From a bacterium (lineage in GTDB: Bacteria > Sysuimicrobiota > Sysuimicrobiia > Sysuimicrobiales > Kaftiobacteriaceae): a DNA stretch of 64,000 nt. This document shows, piece after piece, positions 1 through 8,826 of the stretch. The translations under genes and the position numbers were made by a program. The notes below the pieces were generated by a model. It did no database searches. It had not been told where the DNA came from and worked only from the letters and a program-made list of their open reading frames with translations. The number at the start of each line of letters is the position of its first letter. Position 1 is the first letter of the stretch. The DNA is taken from positions 59-64,058 of the forward strand of contig DATGVF010000076.1 of NCBI GenBank assembly GCA_035300645.1. Reading direction: 5' to 3'.

Positions 1-39
1 TTCGACCATGGGAGCCGGACATCGGGTTGTGCTCCCATC

Positions 40-45
40 TATAAT
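40..45 (+). promoter_or_regulatory. TATAAT -10-like hexamer; no good -35 visible (window edge)
   Basis: Exact TATAAT at 40-45, directly after a GC hairpin (GGGAGC..GCTCCC, 10-36). It may instead be the A/U-rich tail of an upstream terminator. Confidence 0.2.
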
Positions 46-52
46 ATGTACC

Positions 53-150
53 CCAGTCCAGGCCCCCTAGACCCCCAAACCCCCGGACAGGAGGAACGCC
101 CGGCTGGGATGGGACCCCCCCGAAAGGCCGCGGTAGCGGCCGGTTTTGAT
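53..150 (+). ncRNA. Candidate small RNA (~95 nt), C-rich, ending in an intrinsic terminator
   Basis: Non-coding stretch between the TATAAT (40-45) and a hairpin plus U-tract (126-150). It contains three CCCCC runs (63-67, 72-76, 80-84) and a C7 run (115-121). No plausible ORF; sits upstream of the 191 CDS. Confidence 0.3.
126..150 (+). terminator. Rho-independent terminator-like hairpin GGCCGC-GGTA-GCGGCC followed by GGTTTTGATTGT
   Basis: Perfect 6-bp GC stem with a 4-nt loop, then a T-rich tract. Lies 40 nt upstream of the CDS start at 191. Confidence 0.45.
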
Positions 151-190
151 TGTCCGGGGAAGGCGGATCAGGTAGATTGGGGCCACAGAG

Positions 191-565
191 ATGCGATTTT
201 CACGGCGGAAGTTTGAGGCGCTCGTTGAGCGGGCTCTGGCATCCATTCCCCCCGAGATTCGCTCCCGCATGGACAACGTTCAGGTCGTGGTCGAACCCTG
301 GCCCAACAGTGAGCGCGTTGCCGAGGTGGGGCTTGAGCCAGGAGAAACGCTGTTCGGGCTCTACGAGGGCGTGCCTCTTGTCGAACGAGGTATCGTCACC
401 GAGCCGTTGCTGCCAGACAAGATTACGATCTTTCAGGGGCCGCTCGAAGAGGCGTGCGAGTCGGATGAGGAGATTGCCGAGGAGATCCGCCGCACCGTGA
501 TCCATGAGGTTGCTCATCATTTCGGCATCGACGAGGCGCGTCTGACTGAACTTGGGTATGACTAA
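191..565 (+). CDS. Small zincin-like metallopeptidase family protein (minimal MMP-like, DUF1025 type), HExxH motif
   Basis: 124 aa; HEVAHHFG motif near the C-terminus, the typical small standalone Zn-peptidase fold family; GC3-rich. Confidence 0.7.
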   Translation: MRFSRRKFEALVERALASIPPEIRSRMDNVQVVVEPWPNSERVAEVGLEPGETLFGLYEGVPLVERGIVTEPLLPDKITIFQGPLEEACESDEEIAEEIRRTVIHEVAHHFGIDEARLTELGYD

Positions 566-607
566 CCACGCTAGGGCCAAGCGCCCGCAACATCCCGGTG
601 ATGCGGT

Positions 608-1087
608 ATGACTCCGTGGGCGAAAGGTGCCCTTGCCGGTCTGGCCGTTGGGCTCTTGATCACGTTTTGGGGTGGGAAAACCTCCGTCGATGCGTTTGTT
701 CGGGTGACAGGAGACGGCCAACCTCTCCTCGACACCCGGGTCGATGAGTCGGTAGTCGGGCGCTTCGTCAACATACCGGTTGCTTCGCTTGGTGAGCTCT
801 CGGTTTCCAAACGGGTGTGGCTGGTGGCCACAAGCTATGTGTTCATGCTGCGTGTGCGGCCGGAACTCGCCTCGGGACCGGAGCGGCCGCTGACCAAGTT
901 GCTGGTCAATGTGCGTCTGCCCGGACGGGTCGTGACCACCAACGCCACCCGTGTCACTGGCGGAACGGCGGTGTGGGAGGGATTGCCGGCGGACGCGCTG
1001 GAGCTCCGCACGGTCGCCGTCGAGTGGGCGCGCGTCGCGATCCTCATAGTCGTTCTGGTCGTTGGACTGAGGCTGCGGAGGAGTTGA
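608..1087 (+). CDS. Hypothetical membrane protein (N- and C-terminal TM helices)
   Basis: 159 aa with a hydrophobic N-terminus (ALAGLAVGLLITFWGG) and C-terminus (VAILIVVLVVGL). Short gaps to flanking same-strand genes; coding-like GC3. Confidence 0.45.
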   Translation: MTPWAKGALAGLAVGLLITFWGGKTSVDAFVRVTGDGQPLLDTRVDESVVGRFVNIPVASLGELSVSKRVWLVATSYVFMLRVRPELASGPERPLTKLLVNVRLPGRVVTTNATRVTGGTAVWEGLPADALELRTVAVEWARVAILIVVLVVGLRLRRS

Positions 1088-1114
1088 TCGCCGCAGGCAT
1101 GAAGCACATGAGGG

Positions 1115-1930
1115 ATGGCCTCTTCTCACTCGCTTCGGATTCGCATCATACGCAGCGGCAGCAGCGGCAACGCGATCTTCCTTGAGGGCGGAGGGACCCG
1201 GCTGATAGTAGACGTGGGGCTCCCCGCAGAGGTCGTCACCCGGGAACTTTCCTCCATGCCAGACGCCATCCCGATTGATGCTATTCTTCTGACCCACGAG
1301 CACGAAGATCACGCCAAAGGGGCTGGCGTGCTGTCGCGTGCGCTCGGCGCACCCGTGTTGGCCAATGAGGGGACGTTGTCCGCTGCCGCGGCCATTCTCA
1401 ACGGCGCGGAGAGGGAGCGCTTTGCCACCGGGGTGCCGTTCCGTGTCGGGGAGCTGGAGGTCGAGGCGTTTCCGGTCCCGCACGACGCGGTCGAGCCCGT
1501 GGGGTTTGTCATTTCGTCCGGGCTGATCCGCGTCCTCATCGCCACCGACCTGGGCGCCGCTGACGCTCAGTTGACTGCCCGGGCGAAGGGCGTTGACGTC
1601 CTGATCCTGGAAGCGAACTATGACCTCCGCCTGTTATCGGTCAGCCCATACCCGTGGTTTCTTAAAAACCGCATCCTCAGCCCCACTGGGCATCTGTCAA
1701 ACGATGCGGCGGCTCGTGTGGTGGTCGAGGCAGCCTCCGAGCATTTGCAGACGGTGTTCTTGGTGCATCTCAGCGATATTAACAACCTGACACCGCTCGC
1801 CCGCGACACCGTGCAGTGGGCGTTGCAGCGCGAGGGCCTAGGAGCCGTCCGCGTGGAGGCCGTCCGGCCGAATGGCACTATGCCTCTGTGGTCCCACGCG
1901 GAGGGAAGTACAACGGAGTTGCACGGGTGA
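1115..1930 (+). CDS. MBL-fold metallo-hydrolase
   Basis: THEHEDH (HxHxDH) motif, 271 aa, typical metallo-beta-lactamase superfamily layout. Confidence 0.8.
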   Translation: MASSHSLRIRIIRSGSSGNAIFLEGGGTRLIVDVGLPAEVVTRELSSMPDAIPIDAILLTHEHEDHAKGAGVLSRALGAPVLANEGTLSAAAAILNGAERERFATGVPFRVGELEVEAFPVPHDAVEPVGFVISSGLIRVLIATDLGAADAQLTARAKGVDVLILEANYDLRLLSVSPYPWFLKNRILSPTGHLSNDAAARVVVEAASEHLQTVFLVHLSDINNLTPLARDTVQWALQREGLGAVRVEAVRPNGTMPLWSHAEGSTTELHG

Positions 1931-1990
1931 CGGGCCGCAACCGGCCCGCGACGTTCCTGCGGGACATCCTGCCAACGGATCGACGTCCCG

Positions 1991-3418
1991 GTGTTTGAAC
2001 AGACTCCCTTCGTGGGAAAACCTAACCTCCAACTTCGGAAGGCGGTAGCGGCCATCTTGACGGCTGCGGTGCGGGCTGTGGAGCCGGCGGCGGCCGTGCG
2101 ACGGGTGCTCGTGCGTCGCGGGCACCGCCTCCGCCTCGACACGCGGTGGTACGATCTGCGCCAGAGTCGGCGGATTCTTGTCGTGGGGATGGGAAAAGCC
2201 GCGGCTCCGATGGCGGCCGCGGTGGAACAGATCCTGGGGAGCCGCATTACCGACGGCTTGGTGGTCGTCAAGTACGGTCATACGGAACCCCTACGCCGGA
2301 TCCGCCTCGTGGAGGCCGGACATCCGCTGCCTGATGCCGCGGGCGAACGCGGCGCGGCGCAGATGTTGGAGCTGCTGCGCAGCGCATCCGAAGACGACTT
2401 AGTCGTGTGTTTGGTGTCAGGCGGGGGATCTGCGCTGTTGCCCGCCCCAGTGCCGGGGCTCAGGTTGCAGGATAAGATTGCCGTCACCGACCTCCTCTTG
2501 CGCAGCGGGGCAACGATCCAAGAGGTTAACATTGTCCGCAAGCACCTGTCCCAGGTGAAAGGCGGGCGCTTGGCACAGGCCGCCGCTCCGGCGCGATTGC
2601 TGGTTTTGGTCCTATCTGACGTGCTGGGCGATCCCCTCGACGCCATTGCGTCGGGACCGGCGTCGCCGGATCCCACGACGTTTGCAGATGCCTTCGCGGT
2701 TGTGCGACGATATCAGCTGGAGGATCGGCTGCCCGCCAGCGCCCTCGTCTACCTGCGCCGTGGCGCTTCAGGCCACGAAGCGGAGACCCCCAAGCCCGGA
2801 GATCCGCTGTTTGACCGCGTGCAGGTGGTCGTGGTGGGGAATAATATGCACGCGCTGACTGCGGCCGCCCAGCGCGCGAGAGGATTGGGATTCCGCGTCC
2901 TGGTGCTCACCCCGTTTCTGGAGGGGGAGGCGCGAGAGGTGGCGCGGGTGTTCGCGAGCATGGCACGGAGTGTCCGTGCCGTGCGGATCCCGCTGGGCTC
3001 GCCCGCGTGCGTGTTGGCCGGTGGAGAAACGACAGTGACGGTCCGGGGCGCCGGACGAGGGGGGCGGTGCCAGGAGTTTGCCCTCGCTGCGGCGGCCGCA
3101 ATCGCCGGACGGCCCGACACAGTCGTGGCCGGCTTCGGTACCGATGGCACGGATGGTCCGACTGACGCGGCGGGCGCTCTGGTCGACGGCGAGACGACGG
3201 CTCGGGCAACATCGTTGGGTGTGGATCTCGCTCGCGCGCTGGCTGACAATGACTCACACGCCGTCTTCCGCGACTTGGGGGATCTGCTCGTGACCGGTCC
3301 GACGAAGACAAACGTCAACGATATCTATCTCGCACTGGTGGGGCAGACGACCCCGAAGCGGCAGGAGACCCGCGTGAGTCGACGCATCAAACACGCCGCG
3401 CGGAAGACGCGCGGGTGA
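1991..3418 (+). CDS. Glycerate kinase (MOFRL family, glycerate 2-kinase / hydroxypyruvate reductase-like)
   Basis: N-terminal LRKAVAAILTAAVRAV, GHPLPD, SGGGSALL, KHLSxVKGGRLA and C-terminal GTDGTDGPTD motifs typical of MOFRL glycerate kinases. GTG start. Confidence 0.8.
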   Translation: MFEQTPFVGKPNLQLRKAVAAILTAAVRAVEPAAAVRRVLVRRGHRLRLDTRWYDLRQSRRILVVGMGKAAAPMAAAVEQILGSRITDGLVVVKYGHTEPLRRIRLVEAGHPLPDAAGERGAAQMLELLRSASEDDLVVCLVSGGGSALLPAPVPGLRLQDKIAVTDLLLRSGATIQEVNIVRKHLSQVKGGRLAQAAAPARLLVLVLSDVLGDPLDAIASGPASPDPTTFADAFAVVRRYQLEDRLPASALVYLRRGASGHEAETPKPGDPLFDRVQVVVVGNNMHALTAAAQRARGLGFRVLVLTPFLEGEAREVARVFASMARSVRAVRIPLGSPACVLAGGETTVTVRGAGRGGRCQEFALAAAAAIAGRPDTVVAGFGTDGTDGPTDAAGALVDGETTARATSLGVDLARALADNDSHAVFRDLGDLLVTGPTKTNVNDIYLALVGQTTPKRQETRVSRRIKHAARKTRG

Positions 3419-3438
3419 GCGTGACCGAGACGCGATCG

Positions 3439-4896
3439 ATGAAGATCCTTTTCTGCGTGTCCGAGGCTGTGCCGCTCGCCAAAACCGGTGGGTTGGCCGA
3501 CGTGGGCGGGGCTCTGCCGGCGGCTCTGGCCGCCGTGGGCTGCGATGTGCGGGTCGTGCTGCCGCGGTATCGTAGCATCGGCGAAAGGGGCTGGCGCCCG
3601 GTCGGCACGGTCGACGTCTCCAGCGGCGGCGAGGCAGTCAGCGGGACGATTCTCGACGGCACGATGCCGGAGACCGCCGTGCCCATCTGGCTCGTGGATC
3701 AGCCGAAATACTTTGACCGAAGCGGACTCTACGGGGAGGCGGGGCGGGACTATCCCGATAACCTGGCGAGGTTTGGGTTCTTCTGCCGGGCCGTGCTGGC
3801 CTGGGTGGGACGGCAGTCGTGGAAACCCGACCTCATTCACTGCAACGACTGGCAGACCGCGCTGATCCCCCCACTGATCCGGGCCGGGCGCGCCGAGAGA
3901 ACGCCGACGCTGCTGACGATTCACAACCTGGCGTACCAGGGATTGTTTCCAGCTCAGGACTTCGCGCTCACCGATCTGCCCCCATCGTTTTTCACCATGG
4001 CGGGGTTGGAGTTTTGGGGGCAGGTGAATGTGCTGAAGGGAGGGTTGGTGTTCGCCGATACGTTGACCACCGTGAGCGAGACTTATGCCCGCGAGATTCA
4101 GACCGAAGAGTTCGGCGCTGGTTTGGACGGTGTGTTGCGCGACCGCGCCCGGGATCTGTGGGGCATCCTCAATGGCGTCGACTACCGCGTGTGGGACCCG
4201 TCCCATGATCCGCTGATCCCTGCCCAGTACTCGGCGGAGGATCTGACGGGTAAGCGAATTTGTAAGGAACACCTCCAGAGGGAGTTCAGTCTGTACGAGC
4301 GACCGGATATCCCGATTGTCGGTATGGTGACGCGTCTGGTCGACCAGAAGGGCCTCGACCTGGTGGAGGCCGCGTTGGATGAGCTGTTTGCTCTGGGGGT
4401 GCAGCTGGTGGTCTTGGGGGCGGGAGATGCCCGCTACGAGCAGGTTTTCGGCGACCTTCCGCGCCGGTACCCCAAGCGGGCAGGGGTCCGGATCGGTTTT
4501 GACAATGCTCTGGCGCACCGCATCGAGGCCGGAACCGACATCTTTCTCATGCCGTCACGCTACGAGCCCTCCGGACTGAACCAGCTCTATAGCCTCCGCT
4601 ACGGCACGGTGCCGGTTGTGCGCCACACCGGGGGGCTGGCCGACTCAATTGTTGATACCACGCCAGATACGCTCGCCGCAGGCACCGCGAACGGATTCGT
4701 CTTCGTCGCCTATGAGGCGCAGGCGATGCTGCAAGCCCTGCGCCGGGCCCTGGATACGTTCCGGACTCCACACACCTGGCGCCGGGTCCAGAAGACAGGC
4801 ATGGCAGCCGACTTCTCCTGGACTGCGTCTGCCCGCAAGTACCATGCGCTTTACGACCGGACGCTCGCCCAATCCGTCCGGCCGGGTAAAGGATAA
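3439..4896 (+). CDS. glgA: Glycogen (starch) synthase, ADP-glucose type (GT5)
   Basis: MKILFCVSEAVPLAKTGGLADV (KTGGL motif), ~485 aa. The ORF is open from 3415, but the MKILF start at 3439 matches the GlgA consensus. Confidence 0.9.
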   Translation: MKILFCVSEAVPLAKTGGLADVGGALPAALAAVGCDVRVVLPRYRSIGERGWRPVGTVDVSSGGEAVSGTILDGTMPETAVPIWLVDQPKYFDRSGLYGEAGRDYPDNLARFGFFCRAVLAWVGRQSWKPDLIHCNDWQTALIPPLIRAGRAERTPTLLTIHNLAYQGLFPAQDFALTDLPPSFFTMAGLEFWGQVNVLKGGLVFADTLTTVSETYAREIQTEEFGAGLDGVLRDRARDLWGILNGVDYRVWDPSHDPLIPAQYSAEDLTGKRICKEHLQREFSLYERPDIPIVGMVTRLVDQKGLDLVEAALDELFALGVQLVVLGAGDARYEQVFGDLPRRYPKRAGVRIGFDNALAHRIEAGTDIFLMPSRYEPSGLNQLYSLRYGTVPVVRHTGGLADSIVDTTPDTLAAGTANGFVFVAYEAQAMLQALRRALDTFRTPHTWRRVQKTGMAADFSWTASARKYHALYDRTLAQSVRPGKG

Positions 4897-4939
4897 GGAG
4901 GGAATCCACGAGTGCGCTATTTCTCCTGGGGGTGTCTCT

Positions 4940-5998
4940 GTGCCTGAATTACGCAAAGACCCGATCTCTCGGCGCTGGGTCATTATCGCCACCGACCGCG
5001 CTGCCCGTCCCACGGACTTCAAGCACGAAGTCGTGGAGGCCGGCGACATTGACCGCTGCCCATTCTGCGAGGGCAAAGAAGCGCAGACGCCGCCGGAGAT
5101 TTTTGCGATCCGGGCGCCCGGGACCGCGCCCAACACGCCCGGGTGGACGGTACGCGTTGTCTCGAACAAGTTTCCTGCCCTGCGCATCGAGGGCAGTACG
5201 GATCGGACAAAGGTGGGGCTCTTTTCCCGGATGGACGGCGTGGGTGCGCACGAAGTGATCATTGAGACGCCAGACCACACCCGGCACCTGGGTCTGCAGC
5301 CGGTGGAGCACGTTACGGATGTCGTTCGGGCGTATCTGCAGCGCTACCGCGATTTGCGGGGAGACAAGCGGTTCGCCTACGGCCTGTTGTTCCGAAATCA
5401 CGGACGCACCGCGGGTGCATCCCTCTCGCATCCCCACTCACAGCTGATCGCGCTGCCGGTTGTCCCTCAGCGGGTGGCCATCGAGCTGGACGCCGCAGAG
5501 CATTACCTCGGCCTCCAAGGGACCTGCATCTTCTGTACGATGCTGGAGGATGAGCGCAAAGCGGGAGTGCGCATCGTCGTGGAGAACGACGCGTTTGTGG
5601 CGCTCGAACCGTATGCCGCGCGGTTCCCGTTTGAAACGTGGATTTTACCGAAAGTCCACGAAGCGGACTTTGGTGCGCTACGCTCGGACCAGGAGCTTGC
5701 GTTTGCCGGGATCCTCCGCGAAACTCTTCACCGCCTACATGTCAGCTTGGATAACCCGCCCTACAACTTCATCATCCACTCGCTGCCGTACCACAGTGAG
5801 GCGAAACCCGCGTACCACTGGCATGTCGAGGTCATGCCCCGCCTCACTCAGATAGCAGGGTTTGAGTGGGGCACAGGCTTCTACATCAACCCCGTCGTCC
5901 CAGAGGAAGCCGCCCGATATCTGCGGGAGACCGCACCGGTCGGGGTGTCCGTGGGTCCAGGGGTAGGCGTAAAGACGCACGGGGAAGTGGGAGATTAG
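4940..5998 (+). CDS. GalT-like HIT-family hexose-1-phosphate nucleotidyltransferase (galactose-1-P uridylyltransferase / ADP-glucose phosphorylase family)
   Basis: CPFCEG zinc motif and HPHSQL active-site His motif; ELRKDPISRRWVIIA N-terminus. Start is uncertain (GTG 4940; ORF open from 4616, overlapping glgA). Confidence 0.8.
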   Translation: MPELRKDPISRRWVIIATDRAARPTDFKHEVVEAGDIDRCPFCEGKEAQTPPEIFAIRAPGTAPNTPGWTVRVVSNKFPALRIEGSTDRTKVGLFSRMDGVGAHEVIIETPDHTRHLGLQPVEHVTDVVRAYLQRYRDLRGDKRFAYGLLFRNHGRTAGASLSHPHSQLIALPVVPQRVAIELDAAEHYLGLQGTCIFCTMLEDERKAGVRIVVENDAFVALEPYAARFPFETWILPKVHEADFGALRSDQELAFAGILRETLHRLHVSLDNPPYNFIIHSLPYHSEAKPAYHWHVEVMPRLTQIAGFEWGTGFYINPVVPEEAARYLRETAPVGVSVGPGVGVKTHGEVGD

Positions 5999-6095
5999 GA
6001 CGCTCGCGTGTCGAACGGCACGCGGCCACGTGCGGAGATGAGGTCGCCGCCGTGCCCAGATTGCCCGACTGCAGGAAGCACTTGCGACCAAATCG

Positions 6096-6143
6096 AACGC
6101 TAGGCACCACCAGCGTCTTGACCAAGGGGAGCAAACGCTAGGC
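6096..6143 (+). repeat. Direct repeat AACGCTAGGC x2 (6096-6105, 6134-6143) flanking a TTGACC -35-like hexamer upstream of the transporter operon
   Basis: Exact 10-nt direct repeat 38 nt apart, immediately upstream of the livH-like start at 6148. Confidence 0.3.
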
Positions 6144-6147
6144 GCAA

Positions 6148-7029
6148 ATGGACGTCCTCGTTGCCCAACTCCTGAATTCCCTCCTTTATGCCGCCGTGTT
6201 GTTCTTGATCGCCGGCGGGCTCAGCATGATCTATGGCGTCATGCGAATCGTCAATCTCGCGCACGGCACGCTCTATGCCCTCGGCGCGTATGTCATGGCG
6301 TGGGGGCTGTTGCGGCTCGCCGGGGAGTCGGGGTCGGAGCCGTTCTATCTCATCGCGTTCTTGCCGGTGGCCGCTGTGGCTGTTGCCGCGACCGGGGCTG
6401 TGGTGGAGCCGCTGCTCCTCCGTCCCCTGTACGCTCGGGCGGAAGAGTACCAGTTGCTGCTCACCTTCGGTTTACTGCTGATGCTCGAAGACGTGATGCG
6501 CTACATCTGGGGGCCGACACCTCTCACCGCGAGTTCGTTGTGGGCGTCATTTGGCACCCTGCACTTGTTGGGCGCAACCTATCCCGCCTACAACGTCGTG
6601 GTCATCATCTTGGGGTTGCTGGCGGCATTGATGCTGTGGGCGTTGATCTTCAAAACGCGCTTTGGCGTGATGCTGCGGGCGACCTCGCAGAACCGCCGCG
6701 TGGCCGCCGCGCTCGGTATCAACGTGAGTAGTGTGTACGTCCAGGCCTTTGCGCTCGGCTGCCTGATGGCCGGACTGGCAGGCGCCGTGGTGGTTCCCAT
6801 CCAGGGCGCGGTTCTGGGGATGGGCGTCGATGCCCTCGTGCTGGCCTTTGTGGTCGTGGTGATCGGGGGGTTGGGGAGTTTGGAGGGAGCGCTGGTTGGC
6901 GCGTTGATCGTCGGCGTGGTCCGCACGCTCGCGATCCAGTACTTCCCCGAGTTGGAGCTGGCGGTCCTCTACCTGATCGCCGCCGGTGTGTTGATCACGC
7001 GCCCCGCGGGTCTGTTGGGGCGGGCATGA
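6148..7029 (+). CDS. livH: HAAT-family (branched-chain amino acid / urea type) ABC transporter permease, LivH/UrtB-like
   Basis: 293 aa, polytopic, LivH-like N-terminus (LLNSLLYAAVLFLIAGGLSMIYGVMRIVNLAHG). Confidence 0.8.
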   Translation: MDVLVAQLLNSLLYAAVLFLIAGGLSMIYGVMRIVNLAHGTLYALGAYVMAWGLLRLAGESGSEPFYLIAFLPVAAVAVAATGAVVEPLLLRPLYARAEEYQLLLTFGLLLMLEDVMRYIWGPTPLTASSLWASFGTLHLLGATYPAYNVVVIILGLLAALMLWALIFKTRFGVMLRATSQNRRVAAALGINVSSVYVQAFALGCLMAGLAGAVVVPIQGAVLGMGVDALVLAFVVVVIGGLGSLEGALVGALIVGVVRTLAIQYFPELELAVLYLIAAGVLITRPAGLLGRA

Positions 7030-8078
7030 CCGTCAAGCAAGCGCCAGAGGCCACGATCGCGCTCGGCGCGGCCCCCGCCGGACGCCGCGCGGGGCCGGTC
7101 CCGTGGTATCTCGCGGTCCTGGCGGTCGTCGCCTTCGTCCTTCCGTTCCTCGAAAACGTCCCAGGGCTCGGCTGGCTGGCGTCTCCTTTCCAGCGGATTC
7201 AACTCACCTACGGTCTTGTCTTTGGCATCGCGGCGTTGGGGTTCAATCTGCTCCTCGGCTACACGGGGTTGCTGTCCTTCGGCCATGCGGCGTTCTTCGG
7301 CGGTGCGGCGTATGCCACGGGTTTGGTGGTGAAATACCTGCACGCGTCGTCGATCGAATCCTTCCTCCTTGCGGGCGTCGTGTTCAGCGTGGTGGTGGCC
7401 GTCGCATTCGGAGCGGTCTGCGTGCGGTACACGAAGATCTTTTTCTCGATCCTGACGATGGCGCTCTCGCAGGTGCTGTGGGCCCTGGCCCTCAAGTTCT
7501 TCTGGATCACCAATGGGTCGGACGGTCTCCGGATCCCGACCCCGACATTGTTGGGGGGCTTGATCCCCACCCCCGATGATAAGGTGCGGTTTCTATCGTT
7601 CACCTACTACTATTACGTCTTGGTCGTCTTCTGCGTCTGCGTGGCGGTGATGTGGCTGATTACCGCGTCCCCGTTCGGGAAAGCGCTGCAGGCCATTCGT
7701 GACAACGAGGTCCGCGCCCAGTTCATCGGCCTCGACGTGCCGCGGTACCGCGGGTTGGCATTTGTGGTCTCCGGGGCGTTTACCGGATTGGCGGGCGCCT
7801 TGTTTGCCCCCCTGAACGGGTTAACCACCCCGGATATTTTGCACTGGACCTTTTCAGGGAAGATCGTGTTTATGACCGTGCTGGGAGGATTCAAGACGTT
7901 CAGCGGGCCCATCCTGGGCGGGGTCGCCTACAACTACCTGGAAACGTACGTGATCAAGACCACCGAGTATTGGCAGATCCTCTTGGGAGCCATTCTCGTC
8001 GCGTTGGTGCTGCTGATGCCCCAGGGTATTATCGGGACGGTCGGCTGGCTGGTGGACTCTCGCCGGAGGCGCCGCTAG
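7026..8078 (+). CDS. livM: HAAT-family ABC transporter permease, LivM/UrtC-like
   Basis: 350 aa, polytopic; 4-nt overlap with the upstream permease. Confidence 0.8.
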   Translation: MTVKQAPEATIALGAAPAGRRAGPVPWYLAVLAVVAFVLPFLENVPGLGWLASPFQRIQLTYGLVFGIAALGFNLLLGYTGLLSFGHAAFFGGAAYATGLVVKYLHASSIESFLLAGVVFSVVVAVAFGAVCVRYTKIFFSILTMALSQVLWALALKFFWITNGSDGLRIPTPTLLGGLIPTPDDKVRFLSFTYYYYVLVVFCVCVAVMWLITASPFGKALQAIRDNEVRAQFIGLDVPRYRGLAFVVSGAFTGLAGALFAPLNGLTTPDILHWTFSGKIVFMTVLGGFKTFSGPILGGVAYNYLETYVIKTTEYWQILLGAILVALVLLMPQGIIGTVGWLVDSRRRRR

Positions 8079-8079
8079 C

Positions 8080-8826
8080 ATGCCCTTTCTCTTCGCGAAA
8101 GGGTTGCGGAAGTCGTTCGGGGAGACCCACGCCGTGGACGGGGTGGACTTTCGCGTCGAGAAAGAGGAGATCGTCTCGCTGGTGGGGTCAAACGGCGCCG
8201 GCAAGACGACGCTGCTCAACCTGCTCAGCGGGCTGTTGATGCCCGATGCGGGCCAGATCACTTTCGGCGACGCTGACATTACCGCTCTCTCCGTGGGGGA
8301 CCGTATCCGGGCGGGAATCGCGCGGAGTTTCCAGCTGGTCAACCTGTTCGATCAGCTCAGCGTGCTCGATAACATCCGCCTGACGATCTTTTCGCGCGAG
8401 GGCACCACCCGCCACCCCCTGCGCTTAGCCGAACGCGACACACGGACCAAGAGTGAGGCCATGGAGATCCTGCGAGCGTTTGGCCTGGAAAGCAAGTCGG
8501 AGGGTCCCGCCGCCGGATTGGCGCAGGGAGAGCGCAAGCTGCTGGATGTCGCGGTCGCATACGCCCTGCGTCCGAAGGTGATCCTGCTGGACGAACCGAC
8601 GAGTGGGGTGGGCACGCGCGAGAAGGGGACCATCATGGACGTGATCGCTCAAGTCGTGCGGGAGCGGTCCTTGGCTGCAGTGATTGTCGAACACGACATG
8701 GATATCGTGTTCAAATACTCGGCACGCATTGTGATGATGCACCAGGGATCGGTGCTCGCCGACGGAACACCGGAGCAGATTCGCGCCGATGCGCGGGTGG
8801 CGACCGCGCTACTAGGGAAGGCGTGA
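8080..8826 (+). CDS. livG: ABC transporter ATP-binding protein, LivG/UrtD-like
   Basis: Walker A GSNGAGKTT, 248 aa. Confidence 0.85.
   Translation: MPFLFAKGLRKSFGETHAVDGVDFRVEKEEIVSLVGSNGAGKTTLLNLLSGLLMPDAGQITFGDADITALSVGDRIRAGIARSFQLVNLFDQLSVLDNIRLTIFSREGTTRHPLRLAERDTRTKSEAMEILRAFGLESKSEGPAAGLAQGERKLLDVAVAYALRPKVILLDEPTSGVGTREKGTIMDVIAQVVRERSLAAVIVEHDMDIVFKYSARIVMMHQGSVLADGTPEQIRADARVATALLGKA

Noticed and set aside
200-1483. Long antisense ORFs throughout the window (e.g. 200-1483, 3325-4518, 9561-10325, 13023-14246, 17303-18433, 19267-20058, 24775-25941, 50660-51688, 53190-54176, 55994-56998)
   Set aside because: They overlap well-supported genes on the opposite strand and lack start context or motifs. 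They are expected stop-codon-poor artefacts of ~68% GC DNA.
3415-3438. Longer glgA N-terminus (MSVTETRS...) from the GTG at 3415
   Set aside because: The GlgA consensus begins at MKILF (3439). 3415 overlaps the upstream stop and may still be the true start, so it is noted as an alternative.
5998-6148. Possible riboswitch or leader upstream of the Liv-like transporter
   Set aside because: Only 150 nt, and no recognisable riboswitch consensus by eye. I kept only the direct repeat AACGCTAGGC as a possible operator.
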